24,000 nt of DNA, taken from assembly GCA_036824045.1 (NCBI GenBank), contig DAITAZ010000009.1, positions 25,389 through 49,388 of the forward strand, read 5' to 3'. Numbering within the stretch: position 1 is the stretch's first letter; the number at the start of each line of letters is the position of its first letter. Both the position numbers and the translations under genes were made by a program. Below, one piece after another: positions 8,586 through 16,651 of this stretch. Under the pieces are notes generated by a model that saw only the letters and a program-made list of their open reading frames with translations, did no database searches and had not been told where the DNA came from. The DNA comes from Rhodocyclaceae bacterium. GTDB lineage: Bacteria; Pseudomonadota; Gammaproteobacteria; Burkholderiales; Rhodocyclaceae.

Positions 8586-9194
8586 GTGCAAATCGTTTGC
8601 CTGGACCTTGAAGGCGTGCTGGTCCCCGAGATCTGGATCGAGTTTTCCAAGCGCACGGGGATTCCCGAGCTGACCCGCACCACCCGGGACGAACCGGATT
8701 ACGACAAGCTGATGCGTTTCCGGCTGGATATCCTGGACCAGCACAAGCTCGGCATCGCCGACATCCAGGCAGTGATCAACGACATGGGCCCCATGGCCGG
8801 TGCCCGCGAGTTTCTGGACGGCCTGCGCGAGCAGTTCCAGGTGGTCATCCTGTCCGACACGTTCTACCAGTTCGCCGCGCCGCTGATGCACCAGCTCGGC
8901 CAGCCTACCCTGTTCTGCCACCGGCTGGAGATCGACGACGCCGGCCGGGTCGCCAACTACGTGCTGCGCATGCCGGACCAGAAGCGCGCCGCCGTCAAAG
9001 CCTTCAAGGCGCTGAACTTCAAGACCATCGCCGCAGGCGATTCCTACAACGACACCACCATGCTGGGCGAAGCCCACGCCGGCATCTTCTTCCGCCCGCC
9101 CGCCAACGTGATCGCGGATTTCCCCCAGTTCCCGGTCACCACCAACTACGCGGAACTCCGGGAGCAGATTCTGGCCGCCAGCCAACGGATCTGA
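8586..9194 (+). CDS. thrH: ThrH: phosphoserine phosphatase / homoserine phosphotransferase
   Basis: CLDLEGVLVPEIW, TRTTRDEPDYDKLM, ILSDTFYQFAAPLM, AAGDSYNDTTML; GTG start. Confidence 0.93.
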   Translation: MQIVCLDLEGVLVPEIWIEFSKRTGIPELTRTTRDEPDYDKLMRFRLDILDQHKLGIADIQAVINDMGPMAGAREFLDGLREQFQVVILSDTFYQFAAPLMHQLGQPTLFCHRLEIDDAGRVANYVLRMPDQKRAAVKAFKALNFKTIAAGDSYNDTTMLGEAHAGIFFRPPANVIADFPQFPVTTNYAELREQILAASQRI

Positions 9195-9213
9195 GGCGAG
9201 GAACCCGCCCACG

Positions 9214-9240
9214 AAAAAGGCGCCGCTGGGGCGCCTTTTT
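9214..9240. terminator. Bidirectional intrinsic terminator between thrH and yqjK
   Basis: AAAAAGGCGCC (9214-9224) - GCTGG - GGCGCCTTTTT (9230-9240), perfect 11 bp. Confidence 0.9.
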
Positions 9241-9545
9241 CATTTTGCCCGGAGCAAACCGCGCTCCACCAGCAGCGGCCTCAACCTCAGCCACCCCTGC
9301 CAGGCGAAGAACGTCCGCCGCGCGAGCCGGAATGTCCGTCGCGGCTTCAGCACCAGGATCAGCGTGCCGGCGCCGATCAGCCACTGGGGATTGGCCTTCA
9401 GCCAGCGCACCGAGTGGCTTACCGCATCGGCGGCACCAAGCGCTGGCGCCACCCCCGCTGCGTGCCCGGCCCACCGGGCCCGCAACTGGCCGCTCCGCTC
9501 CAGCAGGCGCTCCCGCTTGAGGGCGAGTGCCTCGGCCTTGCTCAC
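9240..9545 (-). CDS. yqjK: YqjK-like protein
   Basis: MSKAEALALKRERLLERSGQLRARW..., AVSHSVRWLKANPQWLIGAGTLILVLKPRR; GTG start overlapping the YqjE stop. Confidence 0.75.
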   Translation of the reverse strand: MSKAEALALKRERLLERSGQLRARWAGHAAGVAPALGAADAVSHSVRWLKANPQWLIGAGTLILVLKPRRTFRLARRTFFAWQGWLRLRPLLVERGLLRAK

Positions 9546-9931
9546 ATGTCCCCCGACCGGAGCTTTTCCCGGTCCTTGGCCAGTTCGGCAAGGCTGGCTG
9601 AAAAGAGCGACGAACCGGCTGCCTTGAGGCGCATGGCCAAAGCGAGGAAGACACCCCCCAGCGTCAGGAAGACGGCGGTGAAAATCCCCAAGGCCAGCAG
9701 CCGCTGGCCTTCCCACATCAGCACGGTGAGCAGCACCGCCAGGAATACCAGGCCGAAGACCAGGCACAGCACTGCCGCCACCCCATACACCAGCATGGCC
9801 CCCAGCCGCGCACCCTCGGCCTGGGCCTCGACGGAGAGCAGGGCCAGACGGTTTTGGGCGATGGCCAACGTGGTGGCCAGCAGCCCGCGGGCGTGGCTGA
9901 CCAGCCCTGCCTTGGCGGGAGTCTCTGTCAT
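9542..9931 (-). CDS. yqjE: YqjE-like phage-holin-family membrane protein
   Basis: LLATTLAIAQNRLALLSVEAQAEGARL followed by two hydrophobic segments; lies between yqjD and yqjK. Confidence 0.8.
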   Translation of the reverse strand: MTETPAKAGLVSHARGLLATTLAIAQNRLALLSVEAQAEGARLGAMLVYGVAAVLCLVFGLVFLAVLLTVLMWEGQRLLALGIFTAVFLTLGGVFLALAMRLKAAGSSLFSASLAELAKDREKLRSGDM

Positions 9932-9953
9932 GGCGCCCAGCCCTTTCCCGAGC

Positions 9954-10265
9954 CTAACGACGGCCGATCAGCAGGCCGATGATCAGGCCCACGCCCGCGG
10001 CCACGCCCACGGCGCGCCAGGGGTTGTCATGCACGTAGTCATCCGTGGCGCGGGCGGCAGCCTTGCTCTTGTCCACCACGGTGGCTTCCAGATCCGCCAG
10101 ACGGATCTTGGCTGCGCTCAGATGCTCCTGCACCTTGATGCGCATCTCGCCCATCTTGTCGCCCGCCGTGCCAGCGGTCGCCTTGAGCAGTTCTTCCGCA
10201 TCCGCCACCACCTGTTTGAAATCGGAAACCAGCTTTTCCTTGCCCACTTGGCTCATTTCGCTCAT
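9954..10265 (-). CDS. yqjD: YqjD/ElaB family (DUF883) membrane-anchored protein
   Basis: Helical N-terminus plus TDDYVHDNPWRAVGVAAGVGLIIGLLIGRR C-terminal anchor. Confidence 0.88.
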   Translation of the reverse strand: MSEMSQVGKEKLVSDFKQVVADAEELLKATAGTAGDKMGEMRIKVQEHLSAAKIRLADLEATVVDKSKAAARATDDYVHDNPWRAVGVAAGVGLIIGLLIGRR

Positions 10266-10383
10266 TTGCGTGCTCCTCGCTATCGTTGGATGCAGTGACT
10301 CATCTGAATGATCACGCTACGCCATCCGGGCATGCGCAACCCTGTTTCAAATCAATACAGCTTGTATATGGGGATGGTTCCGC

Positions 10384-11298
10384 CTAATTCCAGAGCCAGG
10401 CCGCACCCCGGACGCCCCCGGACGCGCCATGGCGGTTTCTGAGCAGGCGGGTGGCCACATGATCCGAAAACACATAGCGGCGCCACAACTGGGGCACATT
10501 GCGGTACAGGTGGTCCACCCCGGACATGCCGCCACCCAGCACGATCACATGGGGATCGAGGATGTTGATCACCTGCGCCAAGGCCCGGGCGAGGCGGCCC
10601 TCGTAACGCGCCAGACTGGCCCCGCAGGGCTCGTCGCCCGCCAATGCCCGGGCCACGATTTCCTCTGGCTTCAGGCTTTGCCCGGTTACCTGGGCATGGT
10701 CGCGGGCAAAACCGGGGCCGGACAGGTAGGTCTCGATGCAACCCTTGTGGCCACAGTAGCAGGCGGGCAGGGGTTCGTCTTCCGGGCCGTGGAAGGGCAA
10801 AGGGTTGTGGCCCCATTCACCGGCGATGGCATTGGCGCCGGTGAGCACGTGGCCATGCACCACCACGCCACCGCCCACCCCCGTTCCGAGGATGACTCCA
10901 AACACGACCTGCGCGCCCTCTGCCACCCCGTCCACCGCCTCCGACAGGGCAAAGCAGTTGGCGTCATTGGCCAGGCGTACCTCGCGTCCCAACGCGTTCT
11001 CCAGATCTTCCCGCAGGGGCTGGCCATTGAGGCAGACGGAATTGGAATTCTTGATCCGACCCGTCAGATCCGACACGGCACCCGGAGTACCCACGCCCAG
11101 GGTGCCGGTGGCACCCAATTCGCGTTCCACGTCCCGGACCAGCGCCACCACCGCCGCCACCGTTCCCGCGTAGTCCCCCTGCGGCGTTGCGACGCGCCGG
11201 CGCAGCAACTCCCGCCCGTCGGCATCCAGGGCAATGATCTCGATTTTGGTACCGCCCAGGTCGACACCCAGACGCAATGGATAGTGGCTGTGGGACAT
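10384..11298 (-). CDS. mak: ROK family sugar kinase, probable fructokinase
   Basis: LRLGVDLGGTKIE, GVGTPGA, NDANCFALSE, GVILGTGVGGGVV, GEWGHNPLP, CYCGHKGCIETYLSGP, VIVLGGGMS; start set at ATG11298 (MSHSHYPLRL). Confidence 0.88.
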   Translation of the reverse strand: MSHSHYPLRLGVDLGGTKIEIIALDADGRELLRRRVATPQGDYAGTVAAVVALVRDVERELGATGTLGVGTPGAVSDLTGRIKNSNSVCLNGQPLREDLENALGREVRLANDANCFALSEAVDGVAEGAQVVFGVILGTGVGGGVVVHGHVLTGANAIAGEWGHNPLPFHGPEDEPLPACYCGHKGCIETYLSGPGFARDHAQVTGQSLKPEEIVARALAGDEPCGASLARYEGRLARALAQVINILDPHVIVLGGGMSGVDHLYRNVPQLWRRYVFSDHVATRLLRNRHGASGGVRGAAWLWN

Positions 11299-11436
11299 GA
11301 ATGGATCCGCAGAACTCGCAGCAGCCCCCTTACGACTCCGGGGCGCGACACGCACGCAAGCATTATACGGACAGCACGCCCGACCCAACCCGAAGGATAC
11401 AATGCCCTTTCACACACGTAGTCGGGAGACAATCGC

Positions 11437-11772
11437 ATGATCATCACATTCCGCTCCCGGGCTGCCGGGGACGTCATCATGTTTGGCGACGTGGCCAAGC
11501 GCATGCTCGAGATCATGGGCAAGGACCCGGAAGAGCCCAAGGGCATTCTCACCGTCGCACAACTGCCGCAGGCCATCGCCAGCCTGCAGCAGGCCATTGC
11601 CGACGACAAAGCCCGCATGGCCGCCATGGCCGAAGAAGACCGCCCCAAGACAGAGCCCGCACCCGGCGGCGGCAAGCGCCCTTTTGTCAGCCTGGCCCAG
11701 CGTGCCGCGCCCTTGCTGGAACAACTGAACTATTCGCTGAAAGAGGAACAGCCCGTCACCTGGGGCACCTGA
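11437..11772 (+). CDS. DUF1840 family protein
   Basis: MIITFRSRAAGDVIMFGDVAKRMLEIMGK..., C-terminal ...APLLEQLNYSLKEEQPVTWGT. Confidence 0.8.
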   Translation: MIITFRSRAAGDVIMFGDVAKRMLEIMGKDPEEPKGILTVAQLPQAIASLQQAIADDKARMAAMAEEDRPKTEPAPGGGKRPFVSLAQRAAPLLEQLNYSLKEEQPVTWGT

Positions 11773-11976
11773 AGCCCCAACCCGGACAATGTGCAAAACC
11801 CTGTGTCGCCGTCCAGAGGTGTCAACCTGCCACGATGGGCCGGGCGTTATGGCCCTGCGCTCGCCCCAACGCCCGCACCCCATCGGGAACGGGAATGGTT
11901 GGCAAGGGTCTACCGCCAGGTGGCTCCCGCGGGAGCAAGGACGTTTCTCTTACAGGTTTGTACAGGAGGATTTGCC

Positions 11977-12300
11977 ATGACCGAGATCATCCCCCGCACC
12001 CCGGAACCCGATTCCCGCCGGACTGGGGGCGAACTGGACCCAGTGCTGCAGGCTTGGCGGCAGCTCGTCAACGCGGTGGCTGAACTGTTCCGTGGCCGGG
12101 CCAGCCGTGTCCGCCCCTGGGTGGATCAGGCGGAAAAGCAGGTCCACGAATGGAGCCAGGGCATGGGTCAGCAATTGGGCGGCGAGGCCAGCCGCGCCGC
12201 CAACGCCACGCGCCGCTTCGTGCAGGAGCGCCCGGTACAGGCCATGGGCATCGCCGCCGCCGCGGCCCTGCTGCTGGCTGCCCTGGTCCGCCGCAAGTAG
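11977..12300 (+). CDS. Small DUF883/YqjD-like protein with C-terminal membrane anchor
   Basis: ATG11977 with upstream AGGAGGA. MTEIIPRTPEP...LVNAVAELFRG...ATRRFVQERPVQAMGIAAAAALLLAALVRRK. The longer ORF start at 11791 lacks a comparable RBS. Confidence 0.65.
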   Translation: MTEIIPRTPEPDSRRTGGELDPVLQAWRQLVNAVAELFRGRASRVRPWVDQAEKQVHEWSQGMGQQLGGEASRAANATRRFVQERPVQAMGIAAAAALLLAALVRRK

Positions 12301-12328
12301 TCCGCGCCGGGCGGATGCCGTGTCAATC

Positions 12329-12354
12329 GGGGCCCGTCCACCGGGCCCCTTTTT
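12329..12354 (+). terminator. Intrinsic terminator
   Basis: GGGGCCCG (12329-12336) - TCCAC - CGGGCCCC (12342-12349) followed by TTTTT. Confidence 0.88.
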
Positions 12355-12356
12355 CA

Positions 12357-12974
12357 TCAATACGGCTTGCGGCCGGTGAAATTTCCGGGCGGGCTGTAGT
12401 TGCACCCAATGATCACTGAATCGCGGCACTGGGCAATGCCGCAGCCCAGTTCGCGGGTCTCCCGCCACACCATCTGGGTGTAGTGGCCGACCTTGATGTA
12501 GTTGCGGTCGTTGATCGCCTCGCCCCGGTACACACGCTTTTCTTCTTCCCAGGAACGCGCCGCCTCCACCGGGCCAAAATAGCCCCGGGTACCGATGAAC
12601 AGGTTTTCCCCGTAGTTGCTGCGACGGGGGTTGTGCTGCAGGCCGCAGCTCCCCGCGGCCAGCTTGTCCAGCCAGGCCTGCTGGAACCGGGCAACTTCCG
12701 CCGACCAGGAGAGGGGCGGCACGCCGACTTCCTGGCGCACCCGGTTGTGCTCGGCCAGCATGGTCGCTGCCTGCTCGGTATTCATGCGCGAACCGGTTTC
12801 CGTCTGGATCGCCTCGGAACGCGCCGCCGACGCGGCGGCCGGTGCCGGGCCGGGCGCCACCGGCGTTGCCTTGGGGGAAGATGGGACAGGCTCAACCGTG
12901 CTGCAAGCGCCCAAGAGAGTCAGCAATGCGGCGATAACGACGCGTTCGACGGCGAGGCAGGGTGATCGTGACAT
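12357..12974 (-). CDS. CAP/SCP-domain (PR-1-like) lipoprotein
   Basis: Signal with lipobox LLGAC; AEHNRVRQEVGVPPLSWS, NYGENLF, VGHYTQMVWRETRELGCG, CNYSPPGNFTGRKPY. Confidence 0.85.
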   Translation of the reverse strand: MSRSPCLAVERVVIAALLTLLGACSTVEPVPSSPKATPVAPGPAPAAASAARSEAIQTETGSRMNTEQAATMLAEHNRVRQEVGVPPLSWSAEVARFQQAWLDKLAAGSCGLQHNPRRSNYGENLFIGTRGYFGPVEAARSWEEEKRVYRGEAINDRNYIKVGHYTQMVWRETRELGCGIAQCRDSVIIGCNYSPPGNFTGRKPY

Positions 12975-13099
12975 GGGAACTCCCGGCGGGCCCGGCCAGC
13001 GGCTCCGACAGGAAGCCGACCCACACTGCCAGGCAGCAAAAAAGCGCCAGTTTACCCCGCTGCTTCCCTGCTGTGGGCGACCACTTCCGCCAGCCGCAC

Positions 13100-13603
13100 T
13101 CAGGCGGTAATGCGGGACTGCTTCTGCAGCTTGGCCTTGATGCGGTTTTGCTTGAGACGGGAGAGGTATTCCACGAAAACCTTGCCGTCCAGGTGGTCGA
13201 TCTCGTGCTGCAGGCACACGGCGAGCAGGCCATCAGCGTCGATGGAGAAGCGCTCTCCGGCAAGATTGAGGGCCTGCACGGTGACCCGCTCCGCCCGCAC
13301 CACCTTGTCGTAGATGCCGGGCACCGACAGGCAACCTTCCTCGTATTCCTGCAGACCGCTGTGGGCGACGATCTCCGGATTGATCAAGGTCAGCAGGCCA
13401 TCCCGGTTCTCGCTGATGTCGATGACGACGACCCGTTTTCGGACGTTGACCTGGGTTGCCGCCAGACCAATGCCCGGCGCCGCGTACATGGTTTCCGCCA
13501 TGTTTGTCGCCAGTTCCCGGATCTCGTCCGTCACCGCCTGCACCGGCGCCGCCTTCTCGTGGAGGCGGGGATCGGGGTAACGCAGGATAGGTAGCAGTGC
13601 CAT
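13100..13603 (-). CDS. def: Peptide deformylase
   Basis: [36 protein letters not shown]. Confidence 0.97.
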   Translation of the reverse strand: MALLPILRYPDPRLHEKAAPVQAVTDEIRELATNMAETMYAAPGIGLAATQVNVRKRVVVIDISENRDGLLTLINPEIVAHSGLQEYEEGCLSVPGIYDKVVRAERVTVQALNLAGERFSIDADGLLAVCLQHEIDHLDGKVFVEYLSRLKQNRIKAKLQKQSRITA

Positions 13604-13753
13604 AAATGGAGTCCTTGCCGGTTGCCGAAGGCCGGCGTGCGCAAATTGCCCTAAAGCTCCGGGGCCCGGGCGCCGAAAAAGCTGTCGGGAACAGGCGGGG
13701 CACATCCACCCCGCCCGGCTACCCGCCCCTCAGCCCGTGTCGCGAGCCAGATC

Positions 13754-14803
13754 ATGATTTTGCGCATTATATCCGTCCTCGTTTTCTGCTTATCAACCTT
13801 GGCGCTGGCCGATGAAGGCCCGGTGCAACTGGCGGACGACGCGCCGGATTCCCATGTGGTGGTCAAGGGGGACACGCTCTGGGGCATATCCGGCCGTTTC
13901 CTGAAACATCCCTGGCGCTGGCCGGAAGTGTGGCGGCTGAACCGGGAACAGATCCGCAATCCGCACCTGATCTACCCGGGCCAGGTGGTATTCCTCGACC
14001 GCTCCGGCCCCTATCTCCGGCTTGGCAGGCGGGTCGGCGGTGGCACGCAGGACAGCGCCCGACCGTCCGAGGGGCGCGCCTCGCCGAGGATCTACGACGA
14101 AAAGGTGGGCTCGGCGATACCGAGCATTCCATACCGGGATATCGAGCCTTTCCTGTCGCGACCGCTGGTGGTCGATGAATCCGGCCTGAAGGACGCGGGC
14201 ATGATCCTCGCCACCCAGGAAAACCGGGTCATGGTGGGGGCCGGCAACGTGATCTACGCCACCAAGGTGAACGAGCAGGTGCGGGACTGGCAGATATTCC
14301 GCCCTGAAGATCCCATCCGCGATCCCATCAGCAACGAAGTGCTCGGACATGAAGCTTTTTACCTCGGCACAGCCCGCCTCGCGCGCTCCGGCGAGCCAGC
14401 CACCCTGGAGGTGACCCGCGCGGTGCAGGAAGTCGGCCGGGGAGACAAGATCATCCCCACTGCCGAACCAGAGCTCCTCACCTATGCGCCCCACGCGCCC
14501 GAAAGCCAAGTATCGGGCCACGTGATCCGCCTCTACGACGGCGTGGGAGAAGTGGGTCGCAATCAGATTGTCACCCTCAATCTGGGCAAACGGCAGGGGA
14601 TGGAGGTGGGACACGTGCTCGCCCTGTATCGCAACGGCGAACTGGTACCGGTGAAGGCCGGCAACGACAAGGCCACCCTCAAGCTGCCGGACGAACGTTA
14701 CGGACTGGCTTTCGTGTTCCGTGTGTTCGACCGCGTGAGTTATGCCCTAATAATGAACAGCGAACGCCCGGTTAAGATGCTGGATGTGGTGCGTACCCCC
14801 TGA
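13754..14803 (+). CDS. LysM-domain peptidoglycan-binding protein
   Basis: N-terminal signal; SHVVVKGDTLWGISGRFLKHPWRWPEVWRLNREQIRNPHLIYPGQVVFL; located between def and dprA. Confidence 0.88.
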   Translation: MILRIISVLVFCLSTLALADEGPVQLADDAPDSHVVVKGDTLWGISGRFLKHPWRWPEVWRLNREQIRNPHLIYPGQVVFLDRSGPYLRLGRRVGGGTQDSARPSEGRASPRIYDEKVGSAIPSIPYRDIEPFLSRPLVVDESGLKDAGMILATQENRVMVGAGNVIYATKVNEQVRDWQIFRPEDPIRDPISNEVLGHEAFYLGTARLARSGEPATLEVTRAVQEVGRGDKIIPTAEPELLTYAPHAPESQVSGHVIRLYDGVGEVGRNQIVTLNLGKRQGMEVGHVLALYRNGELVPVKAGNDKATLKLPDERYGLAFVFRVFDRVSYALIMNSERPVKMLDVVRTP

Positions 14804-14863
14804 CCGGGCCCGTTTCGCGGTGGAATCCGGTTGCGGGGCAGCCCCCATAACCGGACCCGCACC

Positions 14864-15970
14864 GTGCAGATTTCTTCAGACCTCGCCGCTTGGCTGCGGC
14901 TCACTCTCACCCCCGAAATCGGCGGTGAACGCCAGCGCATCCTGCTCAACGCTTTTGGCGGGCCCGAACCGGTTTTTTCCGCCAGCCTTGGCCAACTCTC
15001 ATCGCTGGTTGGCGAGCGCCCCGCCCGCAAGCTTCTTGAGCACGACAGCCAAGCCGCTGTGGACGCTGCCCTCGCCTGGGCAGCGGAACCGGGCAACCAC
15101 GTCCTCACCCTTGCCGATGCGGAGTATCCGCGCCAGCTTCTGCAGATCCCCGATCCGCCGAGCCTGTTGTATGCCAAGGGCCGACTGGACCTCCTTCACC
15201 GCCCGGCCATCGCCATCGTCGGCAGCCGCAACGCGACCGCCCAGGGCGAAGCCAATGCGGAGGACTTCGCCCGCGCCCTCTCCGCAGCCGGTCTGACCAT
15301 CGTCAGCGGACTGGCGCTGGGCATCGATGCCGCCGCCCACCGCGGCGGACTGGCGGGCTCCGCGTCAACCGTGGGCGTCATCGGCACCGGCGCTGACCGG
15401 ATCTACCCGGCCCGCAATCGGGATCTCACCCATCGCATGGCCCGGGAAGGGCTCATCCTCAGTGAATTTCCCCTGGGCACCCCTGCGATTGCCTCCAATT
15501 TCCCTCGCCGCAACCGCATCATCTCCGGCCTGGCGCTTGGGGTTCTGGTCGTGGAGGCCGCACCCCAAAGCGGCTCCCTGATTACCGCCCGGCTGGCCGG
15601 CGAGCAGGGCAGGGAGGTGTTCGCCATCCCAGGCTCCATCCATTCCCCGCAGTCCAGGGGCTGCCACCAACTCATCCGCCAGGGCGCCAAGCTGGTGGAT
15701 TCGGCAGCGGACATTCTCGAAGACCTGCGTCTGCCCGCCGAGCTTCCGACCCCGCCCACTGCCGAAACCGCCATGCCCGCGCCTGCCCCGGAGGAGGCCG
15801 AGGTGTCGGAGCGCTTACTGGCGGCGCTGGGCCATGATCCGTGCGACATGGATCAGCTCACCCGGCGCACTGGCTTGACGCCAGATGCGCTCTACGCCAT
15901 TCTGTTGGCACTGGAACTGGATGGTCGGATTGCAACACTGCCGGGCGGACGGTTCCAGCGTGTTCATTAA
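14864..15970 (+). CDS. dprA: DNA-processing protein DprA
   Basis: AIVGSRNATAQGEANAEDFARAL, VSGLALGIDAAAHRGGL, VGVIGTGADRIYPARNRDL, SEFPLGTPAIASNFPRRNRIISGLA, VEAAPQSGSLITARLAGEQGREVFAIPG. Start uncertain: GTG14864 or the in-frame TTG14831. Confidence 0.93.
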   Translation: MQISSDLAAWLRLTLTPEIGGERQRILLNAFGGPEPVFSASLGQLSSLVGERPARKLLEHDSQAAVDAALAWAAEPGNHVLTLADAEYPRQLLQIPDPPSLLYAKGRLDLLHRPAIAIVGSRNATAQGEANAEDFARALSAAGLTIVSGLALGIDAAAHRGGLAGSASTVGVIGTGADRIYPARNRDLTHRMAREGLILSEFPLGTPAIASNFPRRNRIISGLALGVLVVEAAPQSGSLITARLAGEQGREVFAIPGSIHSPQSRGCHQLIRQGAKLVDSAADILEDLRLPAELPTPPTAETAMPAPAPEEAEVSERLLAALGHDPCDMDQLTRRTGLTPDALYAILLALELDGRIATLPGGRFQRVH

Positions 15971-15989
15971 GTGAGCGTTTGCTACCGCC

Positions 15990-16448
15990 ATGTTTGACGT
16001 TCTGGTCTACCTCTTCCATAACTACGCCCATACCGACGCTTGTCCCGAGCCGTCCCAGTTGGCGCGCAAGCTCTCTTCCGAGGGTTTCGAGGAAGACGAG
16101 ATTTTCGAAGCCCTGGAGTGGCTCTCCGGTCTCAAGCGCATCACGGGCACCAGCCGGCCCGAAATCACCCCCGATCACTACTCCTTCCGCTGCTACGCCG
16201 AACCGGAACTGGCCAAGCTGGACACGGACTGCCGTGGCTTCCTGCTGTTTCTGGAAAACGCGGGCGTGCTCGACAGCCTGCTGCGGGAGGTGATCATCGA
16301 GCGGGTGATGGCCCTGGCCGATGACGAGGTCTCACTCTCCAAGCTCAAGGTGATCGTGCTCATGGTGCTGTGGAACCAGCAACAGCCCATGGATTCCCTG
16401 ATCCTGGAAGAGTTGCTCAACGAGGACGGCCTGTTTTTCTCCAACTAG
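15990..16448 (+). CDS. smg: Smg protein (DUF494)
   Basis: MFDVLVYLFHNYAHTDACPEPSQLARKLSSEGFEEDEI..., located next to dprA. Confidence 0.9.
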   Translation: MFDVLVYLFHNYAHTDACPEPSQLARKLSSEGFEEDEIFEALEWLSGLKRITGTSRPEITPDHYSFRCYAEPELAKLDTDCRGFLLFLENAGVLDSLLREVIIERVMALADDEVSLSKLKVIVLMVLWNQQQPMDSLILEELLNEDGLFFSN

Positions 16449-16651
16449 GGCCGGAACCTCCTTCTTTTCCCGGCTTGCCTTCCCGGCAGCTTGTTCTTAC
16501 CATCCGCCACACTTCGGGTAGCGCCTTGCGCGCCCGGCCCCAGCCGGCGACAACTCGCAGCCGCCGGCTGGGAAAGCAACGATCGTCAGGGCTGTCCGGC
16601 CCGTTTAGGTGACGACTTTCCCCAACGTAGCATTGCAGTGGATTCACCCTG

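Noticed and set aside
8136-9212. 358 aa minus-strand ORF opposite the SMUG1 and thrH genes
   Set aside because: Overlaps two confident genes and shows no domain-like motifs.
9414-10298. 294 aa plus-strand ORF over yqjK-yqjE-yqjD
   Set aside because: Ser/Arg/Ala-rich antisense translation; the minus-strand genes have matching family architecture and coupled starts and stops.
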